DNA from: Trueperaceae bacterium
GTDB lineage: Bacteria > Deinococcota > Deinococci > Deinococcales > Trueperaceae
Length of the DNA stretch: 64,000 nucleotides
Assembly: GCA_965214405.1 (NCBI GenBank)
Contig: OZ243956.1
Span: 1,376,001-1,440,000, forward strand
Direction: 5' to 3'
Below the pieces are notes generated by a model. It saw only the letters and a list, made by a program, of their open reading frames with translations, was not told the DNA's origin and did not search any database. Shown here one piece after another: positions 9,195 through 19,723 of this stretch; positions within the stretch are counted from its first letter, which is position 1; every line of letters begins with the position of its first letter. A program made the position numbers and the translations under genes.

Positions 9195-9294
9195 GCCCAA
9201 CAGCTCTTTGCACCGGACGCGGAATAGCGGTTCCTTATATCAAGACTCGCGCTGTTCGGTGGTACGCCTGCGCCGATGAAACCAGGTGTTAAAG
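9195..9294 (+). other. attC recombination site (~100 bp)
   Basis: GCCCAAC-N5-TTT(G)CACCGG ... CCGATGAAA-N6-GTTAAAG; extrahelical G in L''. Confidence 0.7.
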
Positions 9295-9417
9295 AAATGT
9301 TACCAATCTCAACCGTCAAAGGCACTCTTAAAAACCTCCTGTAGTTATTAAGCAGCCCCTCGAGCCCCAGCCCACCCCCCAGCCCATGCTATGCTCTCCC
9401 CTTGGTGGGAGGTTCCC

Positions 9418-12400
9418 ATGCCCAAACGCACGGACATCCATAAAATCTTGATCCTCGGCTCCGGCCCCATCGTGATAGGCCAGGCCGCCGAGTTCGACTA
9501 CTCAGGCACGCAGGCCTGCAAGGCGCTGCGCGGGGCGGGCTTTGAGGTCGTGCTTATCAACTCGAACCCCGCAACCATCATGACCGACCCCGAGGTGGCG
9601 GACAAAACGTATATCGAGCCGCTGACGCTCGAGTTCGCCGAAAAGGTCATCCAGGCCGAAAAGCCCGACGCGCTCCTGCCGACGCTGGGTGGGCAGACGG
9701 CGCTGAACCTCGCCAAGGCGCTTTTCGAGGCGGGCGTGTTGGAAAAATACAGCGTCGAACTCATCGGCGCGAACTATGACGCGATCCAAAAGGGCGAGGA
9801 CCGCCAACTTTTTCAGGCGGCGATGGCGAAAATTGGCATCAAGACCCCGGCGGGCAAGATGGTGGGGAGTGTGGAGGCGGGGCTCGAGTTCGTCCAGGAG
9901 GTCGGCTACCCGGCCATCATCCGGCCATCATTCACGCTCGGCGGCACGGGCGGCGGGATAGCCTACGACGAAGCCGAGTTTCGGGAAGTCGTGCGCGGCG
10001 GGCTTCATGACTCGCCGGTTCATACGGTCCTGGTCGAGCAGTCGGTCTTAGGCTGGAAAGAGTACGAGTTGGAGGTGATGCGCGACACCAACGACACCGT
10101 CGTCATCATCTGCTCGATTGAAAACCTAGACCCGATGGGCGTCCACACGGGCGACTCCATCACGGTGGCCCCCGCGCAAACCTTGTCGGACAAGGAGTAT
10201 CAGCGGCTGCGCGACTATTCCATCGCCATCATCCGCGAAATCGGGGTGGACACGGGCGGCTCGAACATCCAGTTCGCGGTGAATCCCGCCAACGGCGACG
10301 TCATCGTGATTGAAATGAACCCGCGCGTGTCGCGCTCGTCGGCGTTGGCCTCCAAGGCGACGGGCTACCCGATTGCCAAGGTGGCCGCGCTGCTGGCGGT
10401 GGGCTACCATCTGGACGAGCTGCCCAACGACATCACCCGCGTGACCAAGGCAGCGTTTGAGCCCGCGATCGACTACGTGGTGACCAAAATCCCGCGGTTT
10501 GCGTTTGAAAAGTTTCCGAGCGCCCGCACCGATTTGGGCACCCAGATGCGCTCAGTTGGTGAAGTAATGAGCATCGGGCGCACTTTCAAGGAGAGTTTGC
10601 TTAAAGCGATGCGCTCGCTAGAGCTTGACGTGCGTGGTGAGGTGGGAGAGCTTGACGTGGGAGAGCTTATCGCCCGCCTCACCCCCAACCCGCTGCGCTT
10701 AAGCGCGGTTTTGGAACTTCTGCGCCGCGGCAAGAGCGTTCACTACCTTCACGAAAAGACGAGCATCGACCCCTGGTTTTTGTCCCAACTCAAGGAGATT
10801 GTGGACGCCGAGAACGAAATCCGCGCGCTGCCGCCCGTGGGTGAGTGGAACTGGGAACTCTGGCGCGAGGTCAAGCGCCTCGGCTTTAGCGACGCGGATA
10901 TCGCGCGGCTGACCAACGTCTTGCCGGGCGAGGCTCGAGCGCTGCGCCTAACGCACCGGGGCGCGCCGGTTTTTAAGACGGTGGACACCTGCGCCGCCGA
11001 GTTCGAGGCGCACACGCCGTACCACTATTCCACCTACGAATGGGAGGACGAGGTGCGCGGCAGTGACAAGCCCAAGGTGGTGATTCTGGGTTCAGGTCCC
11101 AACCGCATCGGGCAGGGGGTCGAGTTCGACTACGCGACGGTCCACGCGGTCTGGGCCTTGCGCGAGGCGGGTTTTGAGACCGTCATGGTCAACTCGAACC
11201 CTGAAACCGTCTCGACGGACTACGACACCGCCGACAGGCTCTATTTCGAGCCCTTGACCTTTGAGGACGTGCTCAACATCGTTGAGCGCGAGCGGCCTGA
11301 GGGGGTCATTGTGGGCTTGGGCGGTCAGACGCCTCTCAAACTCGCGGGTTCCCTCTCCGAGGCCGGGGTGCCCATCTGGGGCACGCCCGCCGAGGCCATT
11401 CACACCGCCGAAGACCGCGACGCCTTTCACGCGCTTTGTCAGGCGTTAGGCATCCCTCAGCCCAGGGGCGGCGTGGCGACGCGGCCCCTAGACGCGCCAA
11501 ACCTCGCCCGCGACATCGGCTACCCGGTGATGGTGCGGCCTTCCTTTGTGTTAGGGGGACGCGCGATGCTGGTGGTACGGAATGAGGGGGAGCTGGGTCG
11601 GTATCTCGAGGAGGTCTACGCCGACCTGCCGGGCGAGCCGAGCCTGCTGATAGATTCTTTCGTCGAGGGCGCGCAAGAGGTGGACGTGGACGCGCTGGGT
11701 GACGGCAAGACGGCGGTGGTCGCGGGCATTATGGAGCACATCGAGGGCGCGGGCGTCCACTCCGGCGACTCGGCTTGCATCACCCCGCCTGTGACGTTGA
11801 GTGAGGGCGTGCAGCAGACAATTCGAGACTACAGCGTGAAACTTTCCCTAGCGCTGGGCGTGCGCGGGCTCATCAACATTCAGTACCTCATCAAGGACGG
11901 TGAGGTTTTGATTATTGAGGCCAACCCTCGAGCCAGCCGCACCGTGCCCTACCTTTCCAAGGCTATCGGGCACCCTCTAGCCAAGTACGCGGCGCTGATT
12001 GCGGCGGGCGGGACGCTTTCTGAATTGGGCTTTACCGAGACGCCCGTGCCGGAGTTCTACAGCGCCAAGGAGGTCGTGCTGCCCTTTCTCAAGTTTCGCG
12101 GCGTGCTCCCGGTGTTAGGCCCCGAGATGCGCTCGACGGGCGAGAGCATGGGCATCGACCGGAACCCGTATCTGGCCTTTTACAAAGCGCTTCTGGGCGC
12201 GAACGTCACGCTGCCGACCACGGGAACGGCGCTCCTACTTGGAGAGGGTTTAGAGGGTTTGCGTTATGAACTTAATGACCTAAACTTTAGAGTCACCGAT
12301 AACCCCGGCGGCGACTATGACCTCCTTATCGACACCGCCCACACGCCTGAGTTGCGGCGGGCGCTCGAGGACGGTATACCCTACGCCACCACAAAAGAAG

Positions 12401-12504
12401 GCGCGGCGTGGTTGGTCAGGGCCATCGCCGCAGCTAAGGACGCGCGCTTGACGGTCACGCCGCTTCAGGCGCTGGAGGCGAGGGAGCCGAGCGCCAAACC
12501 TTAG
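9418..12504 (+). CDS. carB: Carbamoyl-phosphate synthase large subunit
   Basis: [30 protein letters not shown]; two ATP-grasp domains; GGAGG before ATG 9418. Confidence 0.98.
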   Translation: MPKRTDIHKILILGSGPIVIGQAAEFDYSGTQACKALRGAGFEVVLINSNPATIMTDPEVADKTYIEPLTLEFAEKVIQAEKPDALLPTLGGQTALNLAKALFEAGVLEKYSVELIGANYDAIQKGEDRQLFQAAMAKIGIKTPAGKMVGSVEAGLEFVQEVGYPAIIRPSFTLGGTGGGIAYDEAEFREVVRGGLHDSPVHTVLVEQSVLGWKEYELEVMRDTNDTVVIICSIENLDPMGVHTGDSITVAPAQTLSDKEYQRLRDYSIAIIREIGVDTGGSNIQFAVNPANGDVIVIEMNPRVSRSSALASKATGYPIAKVAALLAVGYHLDELPNDITRVTKAAFEPAIDYVVTKIPRFAFEKFPSARTDLGTQMRSVGEVMSIGRTFKESLLKAMRSLELDVRGEVGELDVGELIARLTPNPLRLSAVLELLRRGKSVHYLHEKTSIDPWFLSQLKEIVDAENEIRALPPVGEWNWELWREVKRLGFSDADIARLTNVLPGEARALRLTHRGAPVFKTVDTCAAEFEAHTPYHYSTYEWEDEVRGSDKPKVVILGSGPNRIGQGVEFDYATVHAVWALREAGFETVMVNSNPETVSTDYDTADRLYFEPLTFEDVLNIVERERPEGVIVGLGGQTPLKLAGSLSEAGVPIWGTPAEAIHTAEDRDAFHALCQALGIPQPRGGVATRPLDAPNLARDIGYPVMVRPSFVLGGRAMLVVRNEGELGRYLEEVYADLPGEPSLLIDSFVEGAQEVDVDALGDGKTAVVAGIMEHIEGAGVHSGDSACITPPVTLSEGVQQTIRDYSVKLSLALGVRGLINIQYLIKDGEVLIIEANPRASRTVPYLSKAIGHPLAKYAALIAAGGTLSELGFTETPVPEFYSAKEVVLPFLKFRGVLPVLGPEMRSTGESMGIDRNPYLAFYKALLGANVTLPTTGTALLLGEGLEGLRYELNDLNFRVTDNPGGDYDLLIDTAHTPELRRALEDGIPYATTKEGAAWLVRAIAAAKDARLTVTPLQALEAREPSAKP

Positions 12505-12516
12505 GCGTTCTTTTTC

Positions 12517-12549
12517 GGGGCTCGAGCTTGACGTAGGGCCTCGAGCCCC
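12517..12549. terminator. Hairpin between convergent genes, built from two CTCGAG copies
   Basis: GGGGCTCGAG...CTCGAGCCCC. Confidence 0.5.
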
Positions 12550-12562
12550 CGCTCTCGACATT

Positions 12563-14251
12563 TCAAACAGCGACTTCAAACGTTGGCTGCGTAGGCGTTA
12601 CCTGTTTCTCAGCTTTGCTACGCTGCGTGTAAAACTTGTCCATATAAGGCGTCAAGTCACTCAAGCTCGCCGCACCGCGCCACGCCACGTGTCCGTCGGG
12701 ACGAATGAGAAACGCGCCGGGCTTACTCACGCCGTACGTCTCGCGCAAAGCGGACTCGCTGGCGTTAATGACGTGGACCCGCGTTGTGAGGTTGTAGTCG
12801 TCCAAGGTTGCCTCAGCCCTCGCTTGTTCCGCTTTCACATCAGCGCCCCGACCCACGAACAGCAGCAGGTGGTGGTCTACGCCGCACAAGTGAGAGAAGA
12901 TGCTCTCACCCGAGGTGAAGTGTCCGTACGGCGCACGGTCACCGGGTTTAACCCTCTTAACGCCCTTGTCGCCACCCACCGCCGGACTTTTGCGGTAACC
13001 AATCCAGGTCTGCGAGAGAAACTTGAAAATCCTTTTCCCGACGCTTTCGCGTGAAGCGAGGCTGGTGAGGCGCGGCAAGAGGGCGCTGCGTAAGAGGTGA
13101 AACACGTAGTTGGGCGAGCCGATAAAGGAGAAGCCCTTGTCCGACCCGTTGAGCACGGCCTTGGCGACGGGCATCCGCTCGGGTTCGTAGCTCTCGAGCA
13201 ACCCCTCATCCGCCTGACCCTTAACAACGAGCGCGAGTTTCCAGGCAAGGTTCCAGGCGTCCTGAATGCCCGTGTTCATCCCCTGCCCACCCGCCGGACT
13301 GTGAATGTGCGCCGCGTCGCCCGCCAAAAAGATGCGCCCGACGCGGAACTGTTGGGTCATGCGGCGGTGGATGCGGTACTTAGACACCCAGCGCGTGCTG
13401 GTAATCTTTGCTTTAACAACGCTGTGCTTATCCAAGATTTGCTGGATGTCCTCACCGGTCAGCGTGTCTTTGTCCTCCAAGACTTTCGGGATACGCGCGA
13501 TGATGCGGTACTGGTTGTTGCTGTAGCCGTCCCCGCGCATCGGGAAAAAGGTCAGCATCCCCTGGCGCGGCACCTGGACATAGAACTTGTCGCGTGACAG
13601 CGGCCAGTCGAGGTCTACGTCGGCCACAAACAAGGGGTCGGCGTAGGTCGCGCCGTCAAACTCCAAGGCCAGCGTCTTGCGCACGAAGGAGCTCGCGCCG
13701 TCGGCGGCGATGAGCCACTTCGCCTTCACAGTCTCTTGCTGAGCGTCCTCATGGCGCAAGACGACTGTTACTCTGCTCTCGGCAGGCGTAAGGCTCACAA
13801 CTTCCGTGCTCCGCTCGACGCCGTAGGCACCCTTGGGACCTGTGTGGTCGTTCAAATCATCCAAGAGCATCTTCTCGGTTTTGTTCTGCTCGTGAATCAG
13901 CAGGTAGGGAAAAGGCGAGACGCCCCTCCCGTCGCGCCCCAAGGCCATAAATGGCGTGCCTCCTTTGTCTATGGTGCCTTTCGTGATGAGGTTGAGGGCG
14001 TCCAACGCTTGCCCGCGGGCAAGCGCGCCGTCGGCCAAGCCGAGCTTGTCCCACAGCTCGAGCGTGCGCGCCTGCACCCCCAACGCCTTGGACTTTTTCG
14101 CGGCGGCGGCGTTCTTGTCGATGATGCGGAAATCTACGCCGTAACGCGCTAAAAGCGTGGCGGCGGTGAGGCCGGTGGGTCCGGCTCCCACAATGAGGAC
14201 GTCTGTAGCGCTGGCCGGTAAATCGCTGGGTGTGTTCGTCTGTGCGTTCAT
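12563..14251 (-). CDS. FAD-dependent monooxygenase (PheA/TfdB-type aromatic hydroxylase)
   Basis: GAGPTG, ADGASS, FLAGDAAHIHSPAGGQGMNTGIQDAWNLAWKL, LIRPDGHV. Confidence 0.92.
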   Translation of the reverse strand: MNAQTNTPSDLPASATDVLIVGAGPTGLTAATLLARYGVDFRIIDKNAAAAKKSKALGVQARTLELWDKLGLADGALARGQALDALNLITKGTIDKGGTPFMALGRDGRGVSPFPYLLIHEQNKTEKMLLDDLNDHTGPKGAYGVERSTEVVSLTPAESRVTVVLRHEDAQQETVKAKWLIAADGASSFVRKTLALEFDGATYADPLFVADVDLDWPLSRDKFYVQVPRQGMLTFFPMRGDGYSNNQYRIIARIPKVLEDKDTLTGEDIQQILDKHSVVKAKITSTRWVSKYRIHRRMTQQFRVGRIFLAGDAAHIHSPAGGQGMNTGIQDAWNLAWKLALVVKGQADEGLLESYEPERMPVAKAVLNGSDKGFSFIGSPNYVFHLLRSALLPRLTSLASRESVGKRIFKFLSQTWIGYRKSPAVGGDKGVKRVKPGDRAPYGHFTSGESIFSHLCGVDHHLLLFVGRGADVKAEQARAEATLDDYNLTTRVHVINASESALRETYGVSKPGAFLIRPDGHVAWRGAASLSDLTPYMDKFYTQRSKAEKQVTPTQPTFEVAV

Positions 14252-14271
14252 CTCGCGCCTCCTTTGACATT

Positions 14272-14356
14272 TGTCTATTAAAAGACATATGCTAAGTTAG
14301 AGCGTTTGGGGAGAGGTCGTCAAGCACAAACTTTGCGGAATGTCTAGTTCTGGACA
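14272..14356. promoter_or_regulatory. Two putative TetR operators TGTCT-N6-(A/G)GACA
   Basis: tgtctattaaaagaca at 14272-14287 and tgtctagttctggaca at 14341-14356, between divergent genes. Confidence 0.65.
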
Positions 14357-14367
14357 GAAAGGATAAA

Positions 14368-15015
14368 GTGTCTCATTCGGCATCCAACCCTGAGTCTGAG
14401 GCGGCGGTAAAAAAGCCAGACCGGCGGACGCGGCGTTCACAGGCGAGGCTCTTCGAGGCGCTGATGGAACTCATACGCGAGAAGCCCTATGAAAGCGTCA
14501 CCGTCTCCGAGATCGCCGAACGCGCGGACGTGGCGCGGGCAACCTTTTACCTGCACTTTGAAGACAAGGACGCGCTTTTGCTGAGTTCGCTCGACGCGCT
14601 CGTTGAAACCATCATTCAAGAACTCAAAAGATTCTCGCAACGGGACCTTCTCAGTGGCGCGCCGCACCCCGCGCTCGTCGTCTTTGAGGTCGTGCAGCGC
14701 GACCCGGACCTTTTTCGCGTTATTCTAAAGGGGCAGGGCGGCAACCTCATGTTGGGACGTCTCCGGCATTACGGGTCGCAGGCGGCGCATCAGGCAATCC
14801 AGACGATGGGCGTGACGCCGTCCGCGCCGCCCGCCGTCATCGCCGACTTTATGGCGGGCGCGATGCTCTCGGTTATCACGGGCTGGCTTGAGGACGACAT
14901 GACAACACCTCCCGATGAAATGGCGCGACTCTTTTACAGCCTCGTCAGGCCGAGCATCTTGGGAGTGCTGGCGCTTGACGGAAGTAGAGCCAAGGTTCAG
15001 GGCCAAAAGGTTTAG
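14368..15015 (+). CDS. TetR/AcrR family regulator
   Basis: DRRTRRSQ...VTVSEIAERADVARATFYLHFEDK HTH. Confidence 0.93.
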   Translation: MSHSASNPESEAAVKKPDRRTRRSQARLFEALMELIREKPYESVTVSEIAERADVARATFYLHFEDKDALLLSSLDALVETIIQELKRFSQRDLLSGAPHPALVVFEVVQRDPDLFRVILKGQGGNLMLGRLRHYGSQAAHQAIQTMGVTPSAPPAVIADFMAGAMLSVITGWLEDDMTTPPDEMARLFYSLVRPSILGVLALDGSRAKVQGQKV

Positions 15016-15050
15016 GGCCAGAAGGTTTAGAACCAAAAGATTTAGAACCA
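14986..15050. repeat. 15-bp tandem repeat x4 spanning the TetR stop codon
   Basis: agagccaaggttcag/ggccaaaaggtttag/ggccagaaggtttag/aaccaaaagatttag. Confidence 0.85.
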
Positions 15051-15156
15051 GGGTGTAGCGGCGGTGCTCGAGCCAGAGTGCAGGTAGCTTAGCAGTCACT
15101 CATGAGCCGGAGTTTATAAGCCGAAGCTCACTCGAACCGGATGCTACCGCTTCTGT

Positions 15157-16572
15157 TTAAGTTTCCTCACGGCTTACCACCGTGGGTGCCGCCTCGGCCT
15201 CCTCACGTTCCTCCGGCGCGCGCTCGTGTGTGCCTCTGACGCGCTCCAAGCGGCGCGAGGGGAGGCGGTCGCGGAGGGATAAGGCGTAGCTCGAGAGGTG
15301 CAGCAGGCCCTCCGCGACGCCGTAGCGCAGGCAGAACTCGCCATCGTCCACGCGGGCGACCATGTGAAAGGGGGCCTGGGCGAGGAGCTCTAACACCTTT
15401 AGCGCCCGGTCGCGGGGCATCTGGGTATCGGCGACGACGTCCTCGAGCAAGAAAACGGCGGGCGCTTTCATCGCCGCCAGGCGCGTCAGCACCGCCGAAA
15501 AGTCGCCACGCTCGCCGACGCGTTCTCCCACGGCGCGCTCGAAACGCTCCAGACCGTCCCCGACGAGCCCGCCCTGTTTGAAGTAGGGCTCCAAATCAAA
15601 AGGGCTGACGGGCACCGTTTGCGACACCTCTCGCGCGCGCGAGAGCGCCTCCCACGGCCACAGGCTCACGCCTGCTAAGTCCGCAGGTTCGCCCAGGCGT
15701 TTGAGGTCGCGCCCCGCGCCGAACACCGCTAGGTAGCCCGCGCGCGCCTCGCGGCGTCGGTCGATGACGCGCGTCCACTCTAAGCGCGCGCCCTCCGCGT
15801 GCAGGAGCACGAGCACGCTGTACTGCCGCCGCCCCATCTCGGCGTGCGCCACGAGCTGGTTGTGAGACGTGCCTTCGACGCGGTAGCCAAAGCCGAGCAG
15901 CGCCTCGCGGGCGCGGGCGTGGAGCGAGCCGTCAGGGGAGTCCCCATAGGAGCTACTGTGGGAGCTACTGTGGGCGTGGGGAGAATTAAGACCCGCGTTG
16001 GGAAACATCACGTTGCGCGGGTGGGGCGTGACGCTCACGCGCCGCGCGCCCCCCTCGTTTCCGCCACGACCGGTTTCACCCTCGCGGGGCGGTTTATCGG
16101 GCGCTCCGGCGGCGCTCCAGCGCCCCCCGCGCTTTTGAAGCCGACCATCGTTACGCAAGAGCGCGCCCAAATCCAAGTCCTGGGGCAGGTCCGGGAAGAG
16201 CGAGCGGATCTCGTTTTCGGACAAGGGCGAGCCCATCTCGAGCAGCTTGTCCACCACCCCCGAGGCCGCCCCCGGTTGGGTGTAGTCGGGCCGCCGCGGC
16301 CGCGCCACAGGCGTGAACGCGTAGCGACCGTCCTCAACGAGCTTGATGAGCACCACGTCGTTTACACCAAGGTGATGGTCGCTAAAAAAGTCCCCGAGTC
16401 CCGCGACGACTCGGGGGCTCTGCACCGAGAGCTCGAATTCGGTCCCGCGTTTGGTGTCCACCGCCCGCAGGGTGCCCTCACCCGGAAAAAGGTCCGACAT
16501 GGTTTTGGGCAGGGTCAGTTGCCCCGTACGGAGACATACGCGAGTAAGGGAGTATTTAAAATCAGTCGGCAT
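15157..16572 (-). CDS. Hypothetical protein; putative B3-like N-domain, HTH and nuclease-like fold
   Basis: 471-aa ORF with host-like codon use; domain guesses by eye. Confidence 0.7.
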   Translation of the reverse strand: MPTDFKYSLTRVCLRTGQLTLPKTMSDLFPGEGTLRAVDTKRGTEFELSVQSPRVVAGLGDFFSDHHLGVNDVVLIKLVEDGRYAFTPVARPRRPDYTQPGAASGVVDKLLEMGSPLSENEIRSLFPDLPQDLDLGALLRNDGRLQKRGGRWSAAGAPDKPPREGETGRGGNEGGARRVSVTPHPRNVMFPNAGLNSPHAHSSSHSSSYGDSPDGSLHARAREALLGFGYRVEGTSHNQLVAHAEMGRRQYSVLVLLHAEGARLEWTRVIDRRREARAGYLAVFGAGRDLKRLGEPADLAGVSLWPWEALSRAREVSQTVPVSPFDLEPYFKQGGLVGDGLERFERAVGERVGERGDFSAVLTRLAAMKAPAVFLLEDVVADTQMPRDRALKVLELLAQAPFHMVARVDDGEFCLRYGVAEGLLHLSSYALSLRDRLPSRRLERVRGTHERAPEEREEAEAAPTVVSREET

Positions 16573-16879
16573 AAAGAAGCTCCCGTCACAGCGGCGTGCA
16601 GAGCAGAGGCGTGCAGAGGCCGCGGAATTGGTAAGTCGGCGTGTGCGAGCCCATTTGGGAGAGGCTCAGCGTACGCATGTAGAGTCATTAGCGCCAAGTG
16701 TACCAAAAGACACTCTAAGGTATGCGGACTCTATGGTGAGCCATGCTCCAGTTTGAGCGAGTAAAGTCACGCGTTGTCGTCTAGGACGCGGTGTAAGAGG
16801 CGATAGCCGAGCCGAACTCAACGCCTGTGAAAATCACCACAAAACGCGAAGATAAAGGTTGGATATGGAGCAAATGCGT

Positions 16880-16913
16880 GAGACCGAAGAAATAGAGACC
16901 AAAGAAATAGAGA
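16880..16913. repeat. 15-bp direct duplication
   Basis: gagaccgaagaaata/gagaccaaagaaata. Confidence 0.75.
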
Positions 16914-16962
16914 GAAGGAGCGGGGGACGCATCCTTCTCTCTACCAGGTGTGTTTAGCGGGG

Positions 16963-19530
16963 TTACTTAGTGAGCCCTGGGTTGCCAAAAACCAGCACGC
17001 GGCGCTTGCGCTTGCCCGTCGGCAACGCTTCTTGCAGTTCGGCGCGCGGCGCGGTTTCTTCTTGGGCAGTTTCACTTCGGGCGGTTTCGCTCTGGGCTGC
17101 TTCTCTTTGTATGGTTCTTTGGGGTTCGGTGCGGGTGGGCTCCCTCTTGACGGGCTCAGTCCTGGCAGGTTCTACCTTAATGGGTTCTGTTTTGGCAGGC
17201 TCGAGCGCCACCCCCACCCGTTTGTCCGGCGTCGTGTTCGACGAGGGACGCTTGCGCCGCCGCGACCTCCGGCTCCCCCCCACCTCGCCCGCCTCGCGCT
17301 CGGCGTGCTTTTCCTCTTCGGGGCGCGCGGCGCTTAAGGGCGTTTTAAGGTTTTCGGGTGCTTGGCGGGTGCGGGGGCGCTCGTCGGCCTCAGCCTCGGA
17401 CGCCTCGGGCATCTCCATGTGCGCGGGCATGAGGTCGATTTGCCGCACCGTCGGGTTGGCGTTGAGCATCTTGACGCCGGTCCGGTCGCCCAGGCGGTAC
17501 TTTTTCTTCGTGTGTTTGCCCACAAGCATCATCGCGTCTTCGAGATACATGTAGTAGTCGTCCTCGAGCTGCGACACGTGCATGAGTCCCTCGACGCCGT
17601 TGGGCAGGGCCACAAAAATCCCGAAGTTGGTCACGCCCGTAATCACGCCGTTAAAGGTCTCGCCGATGTGCTCCTTGGCCCAGAGCGCCTGATAGTAGCG
17701 GGTGAGGTCGCGCTCGGCGTCCTCGGCGACGCGCTCGCGCTCGGAGGCGTGCTCGGCGAGCGCCGGAAAGTCGCTCTTCATCCGCTCTTTTAGGGTCGGT
17801 GACAGGCGGTGCTGGAGCATGGCGCGCAAAACGCGGTGGACGACCAAGTCGGGGTAGCGGCGAATGGGCGAGGTGAAGTGCAGGTAGTTCTCAAACGCCA
17901 AACCAAAGTGACCCAGGTTCTCGGCGCTGTAGCGCGCTTGCTTTAGCGAGCGCAAGAGCAGTGTATTGACAAGCTGCGCCTCGGGTTTGCCCGCAGCTTT
18001 TTTTAAGATTTCCTGTAAATCCTGCGGCCCGGCGTGCTCCAAGTCAATCTCATAGCCGAGCTTGCCCAGCGCCTTTTGCAAGGCCTGAATCTTCTCGGTC
18101 GAGGGGTCCTCGTGGACGCGGTACAAGGCGGGGATGTTGCGCTCGTCCAGCTCCTTGGCGACCAAACGGTTGGCGAGCAGCATGAGTTCTTCGATGAGTT
18201 GCCGCGCCGCGTTGGGCCGCACCGGGGTGAGGTGCAGCGCGCCCTTGTCGTCCACATCGACCTTGGCCTCGGTGAAGTTGAAGTTGAGTGCGCCCTCGCT
18301 AAAACGCGCCTCGCGGAGCGTCTGGGTGAGGTCGAGCAAGACCTTGACGTCGCGCTCGAGCTTGAGCTTGCCCGCGGGCAACCGCCCGCCGTCGGCGAAC
18401 TCTTGCACCCCGTCGTAGGTGAGGCGCGCATCCGAAGTGATGACGGTTTCTTTGAACTTGACGCCCTTGACCTCGCCCGTGCGGGTAAGGTCCACCATCA
18501 CGGAGAGCGTGAGCCGCGGCTGGCCCTCGACAAGCGAACAGATGCCGTTCGAAAGCTCTTCGGGCAGCATCGGCAAAACGTCGCCGGGCAGATACACGCT
18601 CGTCGCGCGCTCTAAGGCCTCGCGGTCAAGTGAAGTGCCCTCCGCCACGTAGTACGACACATCGGCGATGTGGACGCCCACGCGCAACAGGCTGTTCTTG
18701 CCGCGCCCGCTGCGCTCTAAGGAAATCGCGTCGTCAAAGTCCTTGGCGTCCGCGCCGTCGATCGTAAAAGTATTGACGCCGCGCAAGTCGGTGCGGCCCG
18801 CCAGCATCTCACCCGTCACGGTCTCGGGCACCGCCTCCGCCTCGGCCAGGGTCTCGGGCTCGAACTCGTCTTTTAAGCCGTACTTGACGATGACCGCCCT
18901 CGTCTCGACCTCGGGGTCGTCGCCCTCGCCCAAAAACTCCTCGACCTCGGCGTAGGGGTCTTTTTCGCCCGAGTCCTCGGGCCAGACCATGCGCCCGACG
19001 ATGCGGCTCCCCGCCTCGAGCTTGCCCACCGAGTCGGGCGTTAAAAGAATGCGCTCGCGCAACTTGGGCGAGTCGGGGCGCAGGATGGCGTAGCCTCGAG
19101 CGTACTCGAGCGTGCCCACCACCAGATTGTTCTTGCGCTCCAAAATCCGCACGACCTCGCCGCGCTTGCGCCCACCATCGCTCGTCATCGGGTTGGGCCG
19201 CGCCATCACCTTGTCGCCGTCCCAGGCCCCGCCTAAGTGGTCGGCGGGGATGAACAAATCTTTCTCGTCGCCCGCGTCGGGGATGACAAAGCCGTAGCCG
19301 CCCGCGGTGACCTGCAAGCGGCCCAGCATCAGGTTCATTTCTTGGGGCAAGCCGTAGGTGCGCCGCCGGGTGCGGACCAGCCGCCCCTCCTCGGTTAGGG
19401 CGGCCAATTCGCGCCGCAGTTCGGACCGGTCGCCGATCTTGAGTTCTTTCTGAAGGTCCTGGACGTGCCAGGGTTTTTCAGGGTTGTTTTTGAAAAATTG
19501 GAAAAGCGTTTCTCGCTCCACTTGCGTCAT
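16963..19530 (-). CDS. rnr: Ribonuclease R
   Basis: TIDGADAKDFDDAIS, HFTSPIRRYPDLVVHR, S1 domain; ATG 19530 7 nt after TACACT. Confidence 0.96.
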   Translation of the reverse strand: MTQVERETLFQFFKNNPEKPWHVQDLQKELKIGDRSELRRELAALTEEGRLVRTRRRTYGLPQEMNLMLGRLQVTAGGYGFVIPDAGDEKDLFIPADHLGGAWDGDKVMARPNPMTSDGGRKRGEVVRILERKNNLVVGTLEYARGYAILRPDSPKLRERILLTPDSVGKLEAGSRIVGRMVWPEDSGEKDPYAEVEEFLGEGDDPEVETRAVIVKYGLKDEFEPETLAEAEAVPETVTGEMLAGRTDLRGVNTFTIDGADAKDFDDAISLERSGRGKNSLLRVGVHIADVSYYVAEGTSLDREALERATSVYLPGDVLPMLPEELSNGICSLVEGQPRLTLSVMVDLTRTGEVKGVKFKETVITSDARLTYDGVQEFADGGRLPAGKLKLERDVKVLLDLTQTLREARFSEGALNFNFTEAKVDVDDKGALHLTPVRPNAARQLIEELMLLANRLVAKELDERNIPALYRVHEDPSTEKIQALQKALGKLGYEIDLEHAGPQDLQEILKKAAGKPEAQLVNTLLLRSLKQARYSAENLGHFGLAFENYLHFTSPIRRYPDLVVHRVLRAMLQHRLSPTLKERMKSDFPALAEHASERERVAEDAERDLTRYYQALWAKEHIGETFNGVITGVTNFGIFVALPNGVEGLMHVSQLEDDYYMYLEDAMMLVGKHTKKKYRLGDRTGVKMLNANPTVRQIDLMPAHMEMPEASEAEADERPRTRQAPENLKTPLSAARPEEEKHAEREAGEVGGSRRSRRRKRPSSNTTPDKRVGVALEPAKTEPIKVEPARTEPVKREPTRTEPQRTIQREAAQSETARSETAQEETAPRAELQEALPTGKRKRRVLVFGNPGLTK

Positions 19531-19723
19531 TAGGCCTAGTGTAGCGCGTTTGGCGCCTCCAGAGGCGACAGCAGGAAGCAATGCGCTTTCAGGACGGGTC
19601 TGTACCCGACCTGACAGTAGGATTTCTCACAAAAGAGCGCACCCGCCAGCGCGCGCTTCACCCTTTTGAATCCGTTAGAATGGGGCGCGCGCCACCCTCG
19701 CGGGCGCGTAGAGGAGGAGTTTT

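Larger units (their letters stand above)
8629..9294 (+). mobile_element. Orphan integron gene cassette (core site, dinB-like gene, attC)
   Basis: GTTGGGT at 8629-8635 upstream of the gene; attC downstream whose R'' GCCCAAC is nearly complementary to it. Confidence 0.65.

Noticed and set aside
15799..16764. Long antisense ORFs (also 46502-47500, 61035-61901, 37637-38374, 24591-25325)
   Set aside because: They are shadow frames of well-supported genes in GC-rich DNA, with no recognisable motifs.
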